From contig CAXXMU010000008.1 of NCBI GenBank assembly GCA_963667785.2, positions 23,705-87,704 on the forward strand: DNA of 64,000 bases. Direction: 5' to 3'. A program made the position numbers and the translations under genes. The first letter of the stretch is position 1. Each line of letters begins with the position of its first letter. Of the stretch, positions 61,396 to 64,000 are shown piece after piece. The stretch comes from Alphaproteobacteria bacterium (GTDB taxonomy: Bacteria > Pseudomonadota > Alphaproteobacteria > UBA828). A model generated the notes under the pieces. The model saw nothing but the letters and a program-made list of their open reading frames with translations. It made no database searches and was not told the origin of the DNA.

Positions 61396-63867
61396 ATGCT
61401 GGAGACGACCCGCGATCTGCTCACGGCGGTGAGGGAGGGCCACCGCCCGGAGCCGGGCGAGGCGCTCGCGCTCGCCGCCGAGAGCGACCTCGACGCCCTG
61501 CTCGACTGCGCGGCCGCGCTGCGCGACCGGGGACATCCGGACCTCGTGACCTATTCGCGCAAGGTCTTCATCCCGCTCACCCATCTCTGCCGCGACGTCT
61601 GCCACTACTGCACCTTCGCCCGGCCGCCGCGCCGCGGCGAGGCCGTCTTCATGACGCCGGACGAGGTGCTGCGGGTGGCGAAGGCGGGTGCGGCCGCCGG
61701 CTGCAAGGAGGCGCTGTTCACCCTCGGCGACAAGCCGGAGCTGCGCTATCGCGCAGCCAGGGAGAGCCTGGAGGCGCTCGGCCACGGGAGCACGCTCTCC
61801 TACCTCGCCGCCATGGCGCAGCTCGTGCTGGACGAGACCGCGCTGCTGCCGCACCTCAATCCGGGCGTGCTGGGCCGGGACGACCTCAAGGCGCTGCGCG
61901 CGGTCTCGGCCTCGCAGGGCATGATGCTGGAGAGCGCGTCGGAGCGGCTCTCCGCCAGGGGCGGGCCGCACTACGGCTCGCCCGACAAGCGCCCGCAGGT
62001 GCGGCTGGAGACGCTGCGCCTCGCCGGAGAGGAGGCGGTGCCGTTCACCTCCGGCATCCTCATCGGCATCGGCGAGACCCGCGCCGAGCGCATCGAGGCC
62101 CTGCTGGCGCTGCGCGAGGCGCACGAGGCCCACGGCCACATCCAGGAGATCATCGTCCAGAACTTCCGGGCCAAGCCGGGCACCCGCATGGCGGACGCGC
62201 CGGAGCCGAGCCTCGACGAGCTGCTCTGGACCATCGCCGCGGCCCGCATCCTCTTCGGCGCGCACGCGAACATCCAGGCGCCGCCCAACCTGAGCCCCGG
62301 CGCGCTGCCGCGGCTGGTGGCCGCCGGGATCAACGACTGGGGCGGCGTCTCGCCGGTGACGCAGGACTACGTCAACCCGGAGGCGCCGTGGCCGCACCTC
62401 GACGCGCTCGTGCGGGAGACCGCGGCGGCCGGCAAGACGCTGGCCGAGCGGCTCACCGTCTATCCGGCTTACGCGCTGGACGGCGCGCGCTGGCTCGCGC
62501 CCCCGCTGCAGCCGCGGGTGCTGGCGATGATCGACGCGAGCGGCCATCCCCGCACCGACGACTGGGTCACCGGCGCGGGCGAGCCGCCGGCGGAGGCCTG
62601 CGCGGCGGCGCCGGCCGTGGTCGCGCCCGACATCGAGCGCCTGCTGGCGCGGGCCGAGGCCGGCGAAGGACTCGGCGAGGACGCGCTGGTGCGGCTGTTC
62701 GAGGCCAGGGGCGGCGCGTTCGACGCGGTCTGCGCGGCCGCCGACGGGCTGAGGGCCGCGCGCAGCGGCCCCGAGGTCAGCTACGTGGTCAACCGCAACA
62801 TCAACTACACCAACGTCTGCTACTTCCGCTGCCAGTTCTGCGCCTTCTCCAAGGGCAAGCTGAGCGAGAACCTGCGCGGCCGCCCCTACGACCTGGCGCT
62901 GGACGAGATCGTGCGCCGCGTGCGCGAGGCCTGGGCGCGGGGCGCGACCGAGGTCTGCCTCCAGGGCGGCATCCACCCGGACTACACGGGCGAGACCTAC
63001 CTCGCCATCTGCCGCGCCATCAAGGAGGCGGAGCCCGCGATCCACGTTCACGCCTTTTCGCCGCTGGAGATCTGGCAGGGGGCGGCGACGCTGGGCCGCA
63101 CGGTGCCCGACTTCCTCGCGGCGCTGCAGGATGCCGGGCTCGGCTCGCTCCCCGGCACCGCCGCCGAGATCCTCGACGACGAGGTGCGCGCCGTCATCTG
63201 CCCGGACAAGATCGCCACCGACCAGTGGCTCTCCGTGATGGAGGCGGCGCACGCGCTGGGCCTGCGCAGCACGGCCACGATCATGTTCGGCCATGTCGAC
63301 GCGCCGCGTCACTGGGCGCGGCACCTGCTGCGCGTGCGTGCCCTGCAGGAGCGCACCGGCGGGTTCACCGAGTTCGTACCGCTGCCCTTCGTCGCGACGG
63401 AGGCGCCGCTCTACATCAAGGGCCGCGCCCGGCGGGGGCCGAGCTGGCGCGAGGCGGTGCTCATGCATGCCGTCGCCCGGCTCGCGCTCCACCCGGTCAT
63501 CGGCAACATCCAGACCTCGTGGGTGAAGATGGGGCGGGCGGGCGCCGCGGCCTGCCTCGACGCTGGCGCCAACGACCTCGGCGGCACGCTGATGAACGAA
63601 TCGATCACCCGCGCCGCCGGCGCGAGCCACGGCCAGGAGTTTCCGCCGGAGGACATCGAGGCGCTGGTCGAGGGGATCGGGCGCAAGCCCGTGCAGCGGA
63701 CGACGCTCTACGGCCGCGCGCCCGCCGCCCGCCGCGCCGCCGCCCGCGACGCGGCCCCGCTGGCCCCGGTGGTGAACGCGCCGGCGCGGCGCTACGAGCG
63801 GCGCGGGGCCGCAGGCGATCTCGTGCGCCCCGGCCTCGAGGCAACCGCCGCCGCCTCCGGCGAGTAG
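61396..63867 (+). CDS. fbiC: 7,8-didemethyl-8-hydroxy-5-deazariboflavin (Fo) synthase, fused CofG-CofH form
   Basis: An in-frame ATG at 61396 lies within track ORF 60769..63867, giving 823 aa. It has two radical SAM cluster motifs (CRDVCHYCTF and CYFRCQFCAF) in CofG-like and CofH-like halves. Confidence 0.9.
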   Translation: MLETTRDLLTAVREGHRPEPGEALALAAESDLDALLDCAAALRDRGHPDLVTYSRKVFIPLTHLCRDVCHYCTFARPPRRGEAVFMTPDEVLRVAKAGAAAGCKEALFTLGDKPELRYRAARESLEALGHGSTLSYLAAMAQLVLDETALLPHLNPGVLGRDDLKALRAVSASQGMMLESASERLSARGGPHYGSPDKRPQVRLETLRLAGEEAVPFTSGILIGIGETRAERIEALLALREAHEAHGHIQEIIVQNFRAKPGTRMADAPEPSLDELLWTIAAARILFGAHANIQAPPNLSPGALPRLVAAGINDWGGVSPVTQDYVNPEAPWPHLDALVRETAAAGKTLAERLTVYPAYALDGARWLAPPLQPRVLAMIDASGHPRTDDWVTGAGEPPAEACAAAPAVVAPDIERLLARAEAGEGLGEDALVRLFEARGGAFDAVCAAADGLRAARSGPEVSYVVNRNINYTNVCYFRCQFCAFSKGKLSENLRGRPYDLALDEIVRRVREAWARGATEVCLQGGIHPDYTGETYLAICRAIKEAEPAIHVHAFSPLEIWQGAATLGRTVPDFLAALQDAGLGSLPGTAAEILDDEVRAVICPDKIATDQWLSVMEAAHALGLRSTATIMFGHVDAPRHWARHLLRVRALQERTGGFTEFVPLPFVATEAPLYIKGRARRGPSWREAVLMHAVARLALHPVIGNIQTSWVKMGRAGAAACLDAGANDLGGTLMNESITRAAGASHGQEFPPEDIEALVEGIGRKPVQRTTLYGRAPAARRAAARDAAPLAPVVNAPARRYERRGAAGDLVRPGLEATAAASGE

Positions 63868-63885
63868 GGACGGAGGCGGCAGGCT

Positions 63886-64000
63886 TCAGTCCTCGAGGAG
63901 CCGGATCATCATGTGGCGAACGTGATCCTGCCCGCCGACGAACACCGCCAGGACCCGAACCGTTTTCCCCGCCTCGTCGACGTCGAACCAGTAGATCGCG
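63886..64000 (-). CDS. RelE/ParE-superfamily toxin-like protein, C-terminal fragment (gene runs off the window end)
   Basis: Hand translation of the minus strand gives ...AIYWFDVDEAGKTVRVLAVFVGGQDHVRHMMIRLLED followed by a stop (TGA at 63888-63886). The pattern resembles type II toxin C-termini. Confidence 0.4.
   Translation of the reverse strand, partial: AIYWFDVDEAGKTVRVLAVFVGGQDHVRHMMIRLLED

Overview
This is a 64 kb, very GC-rich window. By eye it is about 68-70% GC; hand counts of local low-GC patches give about 47-52%. Gene content and synteny look like an alphaproteobacterial chromosome: serS-surE-nlpD, DUF815-yajC-secD-secF-Mth938, trmFO, uvrA/ssb, gyrA-coaD-queA-tgt, and gltD-gltB. 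I support about 52 protein-coding genes, with many long out-of-frame or antisense ORFs in the track that I treat as high-GC artefacts. I saw no rRNA, tRNA, CRISPR array, transposase or integrase. Most of the window is ordinary core metabolism and housekeeping. This includes a sugar-type ABC importer, a TRAP transporter, amidase, gpmI, an LLM monooxygenase, SDRs, adenosine deaminase, glutamate synthase and uppP. I found no clear novel multi-gene system. The items most worth a second look are listed below.
- (1) The right-hand 10 kb (53.8-64 kb) is a loosely organised accessory-looking block. It holds a KamA-family radical SAM aminomutase with a non-lysine-like pocket and a low-GC 5' end, a single-polypeptide four-domain ABC exporter, an alpha/beta hydrolase, cofC/fbiD plus fused fbiC (deazaflavin Fo/F420 synthesis), and a truncated RelE/ParE-like toxin. 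A composite repeat bounds it on the left.
- (2) A 24-nt inverted repeat links the stop codon of an EamA transporter gene to the RBS and start codon of the next gene.
- (3) A low-GC islet encodes two small lipoproteins and sits next to an 840-bp repeat-dense non-coding region.
- (4) A histidine-kinase-like protein has an intact ATPase domain but Gly in place of the phospho-acceptor His.
- (5) A 3 x 12-nt tandem repeat forms a possible coupled uORF in front of cofC.
- (6) YajC and SecF carry oppositely charged C-terminal tails.
- (7) A recurring TTCCGCAGGAA palindrome occurs in three intergenic regions.
All functional calls come from motif and family recognition by eye. No database searches were run.
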